Part shown: positions 19,333-27,534 of the stretch, piece by piece
Numbering within the stretch: the first letter of the stretch is position 1
Layout of the letters: each line of letters begins with the position of its first letter
Assembly (NCBI GenBank): GCA_001830425.1
Contig: MIAA01000016.1
Span: 164,663 to 228,662, forward strand
Direction: 5' to 3'
Source of the DNA: Rhodospirillales bacterium RIFCSPLOWO2_02_FULL_58_16
GTDB lineage: Bacteria > Pseudomonadota > Alphaproteobacteria > Rhodospirillales > 2-02-FULL-58-16
Length of the DNA stretch: 64,000 nt
Position numbers and translations under genes: made by a program
Notes under the pieces: model-generated
Seen by the model: the letters and a program-made list of their open reading frames with translations, nothing else
Told to the model about the DNA's origin: nothing
Database searches by the model: none

Positions 19333-19935
19333 TTATGAATGGCCGATAAACTTTTGAATTTCGGCGGCTATTTTCTCGGGTCCGGAGCCGCGTTCAAAGC
19401 TGAACAACGCCTTGCCGTCGGGGCCGGACAGATAGATGGTCGAGGTGTGGCCCATGTAATAGGTATCGGGGTCGTTATCTTCATCGCCCAGTTTGACGTA
19501 TTGCGCCCGATAGGCTTTGGCGGCGGCGGCAATTTGTCCCTGCGTTCCGGTAAGGCCGACCATCCGGGGATGGAAGTTCTCCACATAGCCTTTCAGATGT
19601 TCGGGGGTGTCGCGTTCGGGATCGACGGTGATGAAAATGGGGACTACCTCGGCGCCGGCCTCGCCCAGGATGTTCAGCGCCTCGGCGATTGCCGTCAGCT
19701 CGGTGGGACAGATATCCGGACAGGATGTGTAGCCGAAGAAGGCGAGAATATAGCGGCCCCGATAATCCTTGTCGGTTACCGCGCGCCCGGTATGATCGAC
19801 CAGTGAAAAGGCTTTGCCGTCGGGGATGCCGGCAAGAATCACATAGGCCAATGCCCCCAGCGCCAGCGCTCCTCCCCCGAAGGCAAGGATGACAGTCGCC
19901 GTAGATGACTTGTTGCGGGCTTTCGCGGTCGTCAA
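19333..19935 (-). CDS. SCO1/SenC copper chaperone (thioredoxin fold)
   Basis: 200 aa with an N-terminal TM segment. FFGYTSCPDICPTEL is the CxxxC motif and a downstream His lies in MGHTSTIYL. Confidence 0.85.
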   Translation of the reverse strand: MTTAKARNKSSTATVILAFGGGALALGALAYVILAGIPDGKAFSLVDHTGRAVTDKDYRGRYILAFFGYTSCPDICPTELTAIAEALNILGEAGAEVVPIFITVDPERDTPEHLKGYVENFHPRMVGLTGTQGQIAAAAKAYRAQYVKLGDEDNDPDTYYMGHTSTIYLSGPDGKALFSFERGSGPEKIAAEIQKFIGHS

Positions 19936-20036
19936 ACCGAATATCCTTTTGAGAGGTTCGTTCGCAGCATATGATGCGGGTTTGCGGCGAAATCATGGCG
20001 GCGATGTGCCGTGATCTCTGCCTGAAGAAAATATGG

Positions 20037-20135
20037 TTTTATGGACCACAGAGGCTCAGAGACACAGAGGAGGATAGAGAAAAAAGAAAAAGCAGGAAAA
20101 AGACCTCGCTTAATCTTCTCTGTGCCTCTGTGTTA
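20037..20135. repeat. family-2 CACAGAGGC palindromic repeat (subfamily a)
   Basis: Near-identical to 1271-1375. Confidence 0.85.
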
Positions 20136-20231
20136 AAAAGTCTTTTGTTGGATAGTGCGGATTTTAACCATCCGGGATGAGACAATCTTGCCGCTGCGCA
20201 TGCCATAATTAAACCAATATTATATATCCCA

Positions 20232-21041
20232 ATGGCGCTCATGGACGAAGAGGGGAGAGTTTCTTTGAAAAAACGGCTCATTGCCGGGGGGCTGCTGGTC
20301 TTTTCCCTGATGTTGCCGGCGCCGCCGCCCGCCGTGGCCGGGGAGGACCTGTCCATCGGCAGGATGCGGCTGATGATCTGGCCCGAGCATGATGATTCCG
20401 GGGTTCTGGTTGTCTATGACGGCAGATTCGTCGAGGACGCCGAATTTCCCGCCAAGACAAGCTTCTTTATCCCCAAGGACGTGGTTATCAACGACATGTG
20501 CAGCCTGTCGCCGACCGGCCAGCATTTCTGCCAGCTTTACGCCGTCGAGAAGGGGCAGGTTGAGGACACGGCGCATCTGTCGTTGCCGTTCGCCAATTTT
20601 TATCTCAGCTTCCATACCCCCGCCCTTGACGTCGATTCCGCGAAAAGGCAATTCGATTTCAGGCTGAAAGCGAATCATGCGATCCGCAATCTGGAGATTG
20701 ATATCCAGCAGCCCCTGCGTTCAAGCGAATTCAATATTTCCCCGGCCGGCGGCGAGGTGATCGAGAAAAAAGGCTTTAATCATTTCAAGTATGTCCTGAA
20801 CGACATCGCCAGGGGCGACGAGAAGCTGATCAGGATCAACTACATCAAGAAGGACCGCGAACCCTCCGTCGATCTCAAATTCGCGTCGATGAGCAGCCCC
20901 AGGGTGTGGGGATCGCCCTATGAGGCCCAGAGGAAGGCGAAGACGCTTGTTTATGTGATCTTTGCCGGCGGCTTGGCGGCGGCGGTGAGCGGCCTTGCCT
21001 GGATCGTCGTCGCGAGAAGAAGAAAGAAATCATCGTCATGA
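20232..21041 (+). CDS. secreted protein with C-terminal TM anchor, function unknown; first gene of thiol-redox operon
   Basis: 269 aa with a signal-like N-terminus and a C-terminal TM segment plus RRRKKSSS tail. The stop overlaps the next start (ATGA). Alternative starts are at 20241 and 20265. Confidence 0.6.
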   Translation: MALMDEEGRVSLKKRLIAGGLLVFSLMLPAPPPAVAGEDLSIGRMRLMIWPEHDDSGVLVVYDGRFVEDAEFPAKTSFFIPKDVVINDMCSLSPTGQHFCQLYAVEKGQVEDTAHLSLPFANFYLSFHTPALDVDSAKRQFDFRLKANHAIRNLEIDIQQPLRSSEFNISPAGGEVIEKKGFNHFKYVLNDIARGDEKLIRINYIKKDREPSVDLKFASMSSPRVWGSPYEAQRKAKTLVYVIFAGGLAAAVSGLAWIVVARRRKKSSS

Positions 21042-21472
21042 ATATGCTCGGCAAGCGTTTCGGCTTTTTCTTGTCGGCGTTGTTGGTCGTCATGCTTATG
21101 GCGCCGGGCGGCGCTTTTGCCCTTACCGTCGGCGAGGTGGTGAAGGATTTGGCTTGTCCCTGCGTCTGCCCTCTGGTGCTTGAAGACTGCAACATGACCT
21201 GCGGGCTGGAGTGGAAGGACGAGGTGGGGAACCTGATCAAGAAGGGCATGACCAAGCAGGAAATCATCGACCATTTTGTACGCACATACGGCGAAGACGC
21301 CCGCTTGACCGCCTTGCAAAAGCTACAAGGCAAGACATATCAGTTCACCAGGAGCTTCGGCGTTATGGAATGGACGATGTTGTGGGCGGGCGTCGGCTTC
21401 TGGGTTTTGGTTCTGTTTTTCGGGATTTATCTGGGGGTCAGGAAACTGCGCTCCAAGGCGTACGCAGCGTGA
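21038..21472 (+). CDS. CcmH/NrfF-like cytochrome c maturation protein with atypical Cys cluster
   Basis: 144 aa: signal peptide, then LACPCVCPLVLEDCNMTC where LRCxxC is expected, then the CcmH-like GMTKQEIIDHFVRTYGEDA, then a C-terminal TM segment. Confidence 0.6.
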   Translation: MNMLGKRFGFFLSALLVVMLMAPGGAFALTVGEVVKDLACPCVCPLVLEDCNMTCGLEWKDEVGNLIKKGMTKQEIIDHFVRTYGEDARLTALQKLQGKTYQFTRSFGVMEWTMLWAGVGFWVLVLFFGIYLGVRKLRSKAYAA

Positions 21473-21513
21473 CCGGCTTGCCATATGGGCATTCAAGCGA
21501 ATATCAATAGTCT

Positions 21514-22332
21514 GTGAAATCAATCTTGCTCAGTTTTGTAATCTTTATGCTCCTGTTGGGGACGGTCTCCGTGGCCGGGTTTATCTATGTGGTGGAGCCG
21601 GGGCCGGAGGGACGAATCGGTTTCCTCAAGGCCACGGGCAGGCTGCTGCTCTATAAATACGCCCTGATCGACAGCCTGAAGCCGAGGGAGATCAGGCGTC
21701 TTTATGAAAGCTCCTGCACAAGGAAATGCCACGGCAAGGCCGTCATCGAGGACAAGCCGCGCACCGCCATGGAATGGGGGCAGATCGTCGAGCGCATGGG
21801 GGCCGGCGATCGCGCCGATCTCGCCTTCAATGAAAAAAAGACGATTATCGAGCATCTGCAAAGGAACTATCTGTCCAACGTGCCGACCATCCTGCCCGAC
21901 CACACCATGCGGTTTCTCAAAAAGCATTTGTGGCGGCTGGATTTCGGCGAGAGCGATCTTTACTTCGACATTATATATATGCCGCTCAAGCACCGCCGCT
22001 TTATGCCGTATCTGGCGCTGAAGGCGCAGCCGACGAACGGCGATGAGGCGGTTTTTATCGTCTATGTGAATACCCACACGGGGATTATTCCCTCGTGGGA
22101 CATGAGCAGGATCACCACGATTACCAACGGCGAGGGCCGCGAGACGAAGGCCGTCGGCTGGCAGATTCTGTTTGAAGACGTGGACAAGCATCATCGCCAG
22201 GGCATTCTTACCTTTCCGGAAATCGGCAAGGAGGGGGACGCCCTGACGTTGACGATCAAGCCCGAGGGAATGAAGGAAAGGATTTTCCAGTGGACCCTGC
22301 CGGTCCCCGATTATGTCGAGGCGGGTAAATGA
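21514..22332 (+). CDS. membrane-anchored periplasmic protein with a single CX3CH (CTRKCH) motif
   Basis: 272 aa with a GTG start and an N-terminal TM segment. SSCTRKCHGKAVIED...MEWGQIVERM was read directly. Confidence 0.55.
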   Translation: MKSILLSFVIFMLLLGTVSVAGFIYVVEPGPEGRIGFLKATGRLLLYKYALIDSLKPREIRRLYESSCTRKCHGKAVIEDKPRTAMEWGQIVERMGAGDRADLAFNEKKTIIEHLQRNYLSNVPTILPDHTMRFLKKHLWRLDFGESDLYFDIIYMPLKHRRFMPYLALKAQPTNGDEAVFIVYVNTHTGIIPSWDMSRITTITNGEGRETKAVGWQILFEDVDKHHRQGILTFPEIGKEGDALTLTIKPEGMKERIFQWTLPVPDYVEAGK

Positions 22333-22823
22333 GCAAAGGGATTTTGCCGGCGTTGTTGTGCCTGCTTTTCCTGTCGGGGTGTGATGGGGGTTCAGGGGCC
22401 GGAGCCGTCGAGAAAGGGCCGGCGCCTGATTTCATCCTCCGCCTTTTCGACGGCGGCGTTTTTCGCCTCGGCGAACACAGGGGAGAGGCGGTGGTCGTTA
22501 ATTTTTTTGCTTCGTGGTGTCTGGTCTGCGGCGTCGAGGCTTCCGATATCGAGGCCGCGCATCAGGAGTTCGCCGCCCGCAAGACGGTTTTCGTCGGCGT
22601 CGCCGTTCAGGATACCGAGAAGAAAGCCGAGGAGTTCGCTAAAACCCACGGCTACACCTTTGCCGCCGGCTTTGATAGGGACGGCAAGATCGGGCGGTCA
22701 TATGGGGTTCACGGCATGCCTGTCACCTTCGTTATCGACGGCAAGGGCGTTATCAGTCGTATTCGCGCCGGCGGCATTACGGCGGCGATGCTCAGAAATG
22801 ATCTGGAAAAGGTTCTTGAATGA
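22329..22823 (+). CDS. TlpA/ResA-like thioredoxin lipoprotein, WCLVC active site
   Basis: Lipobox LFLSGC. VVVNFFASWCLVCGVEA and the cis-Pro region GMPVTFVID are present. Confidence 0.8.
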   Translation: MSKGILPALLCLLFLSGCDGGSGAGAVEKGPAPDFILRLFDGGVFRLGEHRGEAVVVNFFASWCLVCGVEASDIEAAHQEFAARKTVFVGVAVQDTEKKAEEFAKTHGYTFAAGFDRDGKIGRSYGVHGMPVTFVIDGKGVISRIRAGGITAAMLRNDLEKVLE

Positions 22824-23341
22824 GATTGACGGGGCGGGTTCTTGCGGTCGTTTTATGGTCGGCGCTGCTGTTGCCGCCGGTTATCGGCTGCGAGGAAGAG
22901 GTAATCGTCAAAAGAGAGCCTGCGCCCGACTTTGTCCTCAAACTGTTTGACGGCGGGGAGTTCAACAGCGCCGATCACAAGGGCAAGGCGATGGTGGTTA
23001 ATTTCTTCGCCTCATGGTGCCTTCCGTGCAAGGTTGAAGCGCCGCATCTTGAAAAGGCCTACCGGGAGTTCAATATTAAACAGGACGATCCGGCCCGCAA
23101 GGTCGTCTTTCTCGGCGTCGCCATCCAGGACACGGAGGACGCGGCCATGGGCTTCGTCAAGGCGGCGGGGATAACTTTTCCGGCGGGGCTTGACGCCGAT
23201 GATAAAATCAAGGAGGCCTTCGGCGTGTATGGCTTGCCCACCACTTTTTTCGTCGATGGGAAGGGCATCGTCAGTTACACGTTCGCCGGGGGAATGACCG
23301 AGGTATTGTTGAGCAATGAACTGGACAAGATACGTTTTTAA
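22820..23341 (+). CDS. TlpA/ResA-like thioredoxin lipoprotein, WCLPC active site
   Basis: Lipobox PVIGC. MVVNFFASWCLPCKVEAP and GLPTTFFVD are present. Confidence 0.8.
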   Translation: MRLTGRVLAVVLWSALLLPPVIGCEEEVIVKREPAPDFVLKLFDGGEFNSADHKGKAMVVNFFASWCLPCKVEAPHLEKAYREFNIKQDDPARKVVFLGVAIQDTEDAAMGFVKAAGITFPAGLDADDKIKEAFGVYGLPTTFFVDGKGIVSYTFAGGMTEVLLSNELDKIRF

Positions 23342-23834
23342 TTTCCCCGCTCTTGTTGTTTTCCTGATCCCGGCGCTGTTCGGGTGTCTGGGCGACGACA
23401 TCAAGCCGCTGGCGGAAGGCGTCGCAGCGCCCAAGGCGACGCTCACCCTGCTCAACGGCGAGACCAGGGAAGTGACCGATCATCCCGGCAGGGGTCAGGT
23501 CGTCACTTTCATGTCGTCATGGTGCCCGTGCTCCAATGATTCGATTCCGATGTTCAAGAAAGCCTTCAAGCTTCACGGCGAGAACCAACGCCTCGCTTTC
23601 CTGATGATCGGCATCCAGGATTCCCGCGACAAGTTCGCGGAAACGGTCGGTAAATGGGACATTCCCTTTCCCGCCGGTTTTGACGCGGGCAACAAGATCG
23701 CCAGGACTTACGGCGTCAAGCAACCGCCGACCACCGTCTTTATTGATAAGGACGGCAAGGTGAAGAAGTTTTTCTACGGCAATATCAAGGATGTCGAGGA
23801 AGATTTCTATAAATGGCTTGAGGGGCTGGTCTAG
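23316..23834 (+). CDS. TlpA-like thioredoxin-fold lipoprotein with shortened WCPC (CxC) motif
   Basis: Lipobox ALFGC. VVTFMSSWCPCSNDSIP and QPPTTVFID are present. There is one residue fewer between the cysteines than in its two neighbours. Confidence 0.7.
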   Translation: MNWTRYVFNFPALVVFLIPALFGCLGDDIKPLAEGVAAPKATLTLLNGETREVTDHPGRGQVVTFMSSWCPCSNDSIPMFKKAFKLHGENQRLAFLMIGIQDSRDKFAETVGKWDIPFPAGFDAGNKIARTYGVKQPPTTVFIDKDGKVKKFFYGNIKDVEEDFYKWLEGLV

Positions 23835-24538
23835 TGGTCGGATTTTTCGAGGCCGGCCTACAGGGGTTTGCTTCTTTCTTTTCGATCTGGCAGGCCTGTA
23901 TCGCCCAGATCAGCCCGTTTTTCATGGCTTTTATCATCGGCCTTTACTTCATGGCCTGGCGCAGGGGAGCGCCTCCGTCCATGGTTCGGCGCACGGTGTT
24001 TCCGTCCGTGATTTACATGGCCGGGTTCAGCGCGCCCTACGCCCTGATGACGGCGACAGGGCTGCCCGTCGGGCGCTTGATGGCCTATCACAGCGGAACC
24101 CTTTCCGTTATCGCCGGCATCGTTATCCTGCTCATCGGCTTGTTTATGACGCTTTATGGCCGCGTTGCCTTTATCACAAAGCTGGACACTCCTCTTTATA
24201 TTGCTTTTATGTCGCTGCTGCTGGGGATCGCCTTCGCCCTTGTCTATTCGCCGTGCATCACCCCGACCTTGTCCAAGATTATGGGCATCGCCTCGCAGCC
24301 GAAAACGGCGATGACGGGAGCGATCCTTGCCTTTTTCTACGCCGTCGGCATATGCGTAGCTTTTCTGATCACCGGCGTCGTCCTGGTGCGCCTGTTATCC
24401 TCGGTCGGCGTCATGAGGCGCAATCCCGGCAGGGTCAAGGACAGTTGCGGCGCAATTCTCTGCGTTCTCGCCTTCCTCAACATCAGCGGCACGATGATTT
24501 TGTATAAAGCTTTCGTTCTCGGCTTTTTTGTCAAATAA
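23834..24538 (+). CDS. ccdA: CcdA/DsbD-family thiol-disulfide transmembrane electron transporter
   Basis: 234 aa, polytopic, with a GTG start. LVYSPCITPTL is the CcdA second-Cys motif and ACIAQISPF is the N-terminal Cys region. Confidence 0.75.
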   Translation: MVGFFEAGLQGFASFFSIWQACIAQISPFFMAFIIGLYFMAWRRGAPPSMVRRTVFPSVIYMAGFSAPYALMTATGLPVGRLMAYHSGTLSVIAGIVILLIGLFMTLYGRVAFITKLDTPLYIAFMSLLLGIAFALVYSPCITPTLSKIMGIASQPKTAMTGAILAFFYAVGICVAFLITGVVLVRLLSSVGVMRRNPGRVKDSCGAILCVLAFLNISGTMILYKAFVLGFFVK

Positions 24539-24742
24539 ATGCGCGACGGCCTCAAGCCGCCCAAGGGGCTTAAAAAACAGTTCTTCGGCGTTATTCTTGT
24601 CATTATTGGGCTGATTGATATTGTCGTTACCCGCTTTATGTATGATCAGACGGACGGCATTGATCTGTTTTTTATCGCCGCCGGTGTCGGCGTGTTTGTT
24701 TTCGGTTCCGTCCAGAGGCGGAAAAACGAGCGGGAATCATAA
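24539..24742 (+). CDS. small two-TM membrane protein
   Basis: 67 aa. The ATG abuts the ccdA stop (TAAATG). It has two hydrophobic helices. Confidence 0.45.
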   Translation: MRDGLKPPKGLKKQFFGVILVIIGLIDIVVTRFMYDQTDGIDLFFIAAGVGVFVFGSVQRRKNERES

Positions 24743-25137
24743 GCGGCGAAAGCCCCTTGATTCATTAGGGATATGAAAATTCAGGCGATCAGGCGAAAAA
24801 TCTTGACAAGGGAGGGGGACAACTGGAAAATCACAATCGCGTGAACTGGGGGGAGAAATCGCCCGATTTATATTAGATTGCGGAACTAGGTTCTTAAATA
24901 ATCGTAAGTAGTTCCACATTAATCGGGCCGGTATTTTTCTGCCGGCAAGTTATTGAAGTGTACAGGGCGTCAAGCGCCCTGTAGTTCGGGTTTTGATTAT
25001 TTTGCTGATAACTGGGGTTTAGACAATTCTGATGATCGATTTACGAGGGCGTTTTTCCGGTCGGCTTGATTAATTCCGGGACTGCGGCTTCACAGGAAGT
25101 AAAGGGAATTACTGTGCAATACAAAGGGGGTAAGAAC

Positions 25138-26919
25138 ATGCATGGAAAGTTAAGCAAGTTCATTTATAAGGGTCTTCTTCCGGGGATGCTTTTTTCAGTC
25201 GGCATCGCCGCTTCGGGGACTGCAAGCGCCGAATTGGCCAGCCAGGGCGGCGACCGCGACTGGTTGAACTATGACGGCGGCACGTCGACGACCGACTCGC
25301 CGACCATCGATCCGATGATCATGTACAACGCCGGCGGTCTTGACGGCAAAGTCGCCGTCATCGGCATTCCGTCGATGAGGACGTACCGTCACATCGATTG
25401 CGGCGTCGATCTTCATGAAATCCTGTTCGGCGGCTCCAACGCCGGCAACAAGAATTTCTCATCCAACGGAACGTTCGCCTACGTCAACGACAAGGGCGCC
25501 AACACCATCTGCGAAATCAATTTGCAGACCGGCATGTTGCAGCGGATAATGGCCATGCCGTTCCCGTTCGGTCTTCACCATATTACGATGGATCCCAAGG
25601 GTGAGTACCTGTACGGCTCCGGCGAGTACACCGGCAAGATGGCGAAGGTCGAGATCAAGTCCGGCAAGACCCAGATCATCGATTGGGGTCCTTCGCCCAG
25701 CGCTCCCGACTATCTGGACGCCGACAAGAAGGGCCGTTACATCTTCTCCGGCAACTACTACCACTCGACGGTCGGCGTTTTCTCCACCAACCCGTTCAAG
25801 TACATCAAGGAAATTCCGGTCGGCAAGAATCCGCACGGCACCGACGTGATCCCAGAGAGCACCAAGGTTATCGTCAGCGACAAGCTGTCGGCGACGATGA
25901 CGGTTATCGATGTTGAAAAGCTGGCGGTGATGAAGGTGTTCCCCACCTGCGCCGGTCCGCTTCACTCGGTGATGGACGTTTACAACAAGGACGGCGGTCC
26001 CTACCATCCCGGCAAGGACTCTCACGACGGCCTGACCTCGAAGTACGCTTATGAAAGCTGCTTCGTCGCCGACGCCAACGTGAAAATCGACCTTAACAAA
26101 CTTGAGGTGGTTGACGAAATCCCGACGCACTATCGCACGGGCCACATCATGATCAGCGCCGACAACAGCTACGTTTTCGCGCTGAACAAGTTCTCGACCG
26201 GCCTGTTCACTCCGACGGGCGTTGTTTACCCGGTTAACTTCGAGATGTGGGACGCCAGGGAAGCCAGTCCGACCTACGGCAAGACCCTGAAAATCATCCC
26301 CGTGGACGGCGAGCCTCATAACTCCAAGTCCATCTTCGGCGATCAGGTCAAGGACTGGACCATGGGCCAAGCCGAAAAGGGCGGGCTTATCAGCGCCTCG
26401 ACCCCGATGCTGGCTCCTGCTCACCGCTCCGGCGCGAAGATCACTTATCTGCCGAAGTCCACTGAAAAGCCCGGCGTTCGCACCGTGGACGGCGTAAAGG
26501 AACTCCACGTCAAGGCGTTCTCTTACGGCTATATCCCGCGTATGTTGAGGGTGAACAAGGGCGACAAGGTTCGCATCTTCGTCACCAACATCGACCAGGC
26601 GGCGGGCATCACCAAGAACCCTGACGTCACCATGGGCTTTTTGATCTATGGGCCGTATGGGCTTAAGACCAACCTTAGCCTGCCGCGCGGCATCACTGCG
26701 GTGACCGAGTTCGTCGCCGACATCGCCGGCGAGTACAGCGTCTTCTGTCAGCACTTCTGCGGTCCTCTGCACCTGGAAATGCGGGCGGAGTTCTTCGTGG
26801 ACGATACGGCGAAGGGACCGTCCAACCTGTCGGTAGGCGACTACGACAAGGCCCAGACTCTTCCGGGTCTGCTTGAGCCGGGTGAAATCACGATCAACAA
26901 GGTGGTTGACAGCCTCTAG
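25138..26919 (+). CDS. divergent NosZ-like copper protein: beta-propeller plus C-terminal CuA-type cupredoxin domain
   Basis: The ATG at 25138 follows AAAGGGGG and a Sec-type signal peptide follows. NosZ-like motifs appear in order: VIGIPSMRTY, GLHHIT, GKNPHGTDV, GPLHSV, THYRTGH, GEPHN, VTNID..DVTMGF, FCQHFCGPLHLEM (CX3CX3HX2M). See findings. Confidence 0.7.
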   Translation: MHGKLSKFIYKGLLPGMLFSVGIAASGTASAELASQGGDRDWLNYDGGTSTTDSPTIDPMIMYNAGGLDGKVAVIGIPSMRTYRHIDCGVDLHEILFGGSNAGNKNFSSNGTFAYVNDKGANTICEINLQTGMLQRIMAMPFPFGLHHITMDPKGEYLYGSGEYTGKMAKVEIKSGKTQIIDWGPSPSAPDYLDADKKGRYIFSGNYYHSTVGVFSTNPFKYIKEIPVGKNPHGTDVIPESTKVIVSDKLSATMTVIDVEKLAVMKVFPTCAGPLHSVMDVYNKDGGPYHPGKDSHDGLTSKYAYESCFVADANVKIDLNKLEVVDEIPTHYRTGHIMISADNSYVFALNKFSTGLFTPTGVVYPVNFEMWDAREASPTYGKTLKIIPVDGEPHNSKSIFGDQVKDWTMGQAEKGGLISASTPMLAPAHRSGAKITYLPKSTEKPGVRTVDGVKELHVKAFSYGYIPRMLRVNKGDKVRIFVTNIDQAAGITKNPDVTMGFLIYGPYGLKTNLSLPRGITAVTEFVADIAGEYSVFCQHFCGPLHLEMRAEFFVDDTAKGPSNLSVGDYDKAQTLPGLLEPGEITINKVVDSL

Positions 26920-26950
26920 GTTGTTCGCTCAGGCTTGTTGATACGGCTTG

Positions 26951-26994
26951 AAAACTCATCCCCCCTTCCATAAGAAGGGGGGATGAGAGTTTTC
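26951..26994 (+). terminator. strong rho-independent terminator after the NosZ-like gene
   Basis: AAAACTCATCCCCCC-TTCCATAAGAA-GGGGGGATGAGAGTTTT. An 11-bp GC-rich stem extends into an A/T flank and ends in a T-run. Confidence 0.75.
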
Positions 26995-27015
26995 AGGGGA
27001 CGGCGTTCGGGAAAA

Positions 27016-27531
27016 ATGAAAATGGTTTCTTTCATTAAAAGAACATTTGCGATTGCCTTGATTTCGGCAGTCGGCGGCTTTGCGGCCGGATGCGGCGAGG
27101 ATCGGCCGCTGCCTGAGGAAAAAGCCGAGGCCGTCGTTAAAAAATTTTATGAATACATTTCCGAAGCCAAGATCAGGGGGGGGAATCTTCTGATTCGCGA
27201 GGCCTACAAGCTGATCAGTTCCAAACAGTCCAATCTCGGTCAGCCGAAATTCATTGAGATCATTGACAAGTATCCTTCCGGGTTTAAGGTCGAAATCGTC
27301 GGCAGCGTCGTCAAGGGCCGACATGCCGATGTGACCATCGAATATAAAGTACCTTCTGCTTTCGGCGATATGATGGCCGTGCGCACCGGGATTCCGCTGA
27401 ATGTCGATGAGGAAACCAATACCTGGAAAATAGATTTTACGGGGGAAACCGACGGCCAGGACGTGGCGGCGATAAAAAAAATGGATACGCCGCCGGCGCC
27501 GGCCAAAAAGCCTGAGACGGGGGAAAAATAA
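27016..27531 (+). CDS. small lipoprotein (NTF2/DUF4878-like)
   Basis: MKMVSF...FAAGC lipobox and the KAEAVVKKFYEYISEAK pattern are present. The C-terminus is Pro/Lys-rich. Confidence 0.6.
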   Translation: MKMVSFIKRTFAIALISAVGGFAAGCGEDRPLPEEKAEAVVKKFYEYISEAKIRGGNLLIREAYKLISSKQSNLGQPKFIEIIDKYPSGFKVEIVGSVVKGRHADVTIEYKVPSAFGDMMAVRTGIPLNVDEETNTWKIDFTGETDGQDVAAIKKMDTPPAPAKKPETGEK

Positions 27532-27534
27532 GGA

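Noticed and set aside
24743-25137. FNR/NnrR-type box (TTGAT-N4-ATCAA) or other anaerobic promoter upstream of the NosZ-like gene
   Set aside because: Only isolated TTGAT half-sites are present and no full palindrome. A 9-bp stem-loop at 24961-24983 lacks an adjacent T-run, so I did not call it a terminator.
25459-26772. 437-aa minus-strand ORF antisense to the NosZ-like gene
   Set aside because: Its composition (Arg/Gly/His/Val/Asp-rich, no hydrophobic core pattern) is typical of antisense frames in GC-rich genes. No family motif is visible, while the plus strand carries an ordered set of NosZ-like motifs.
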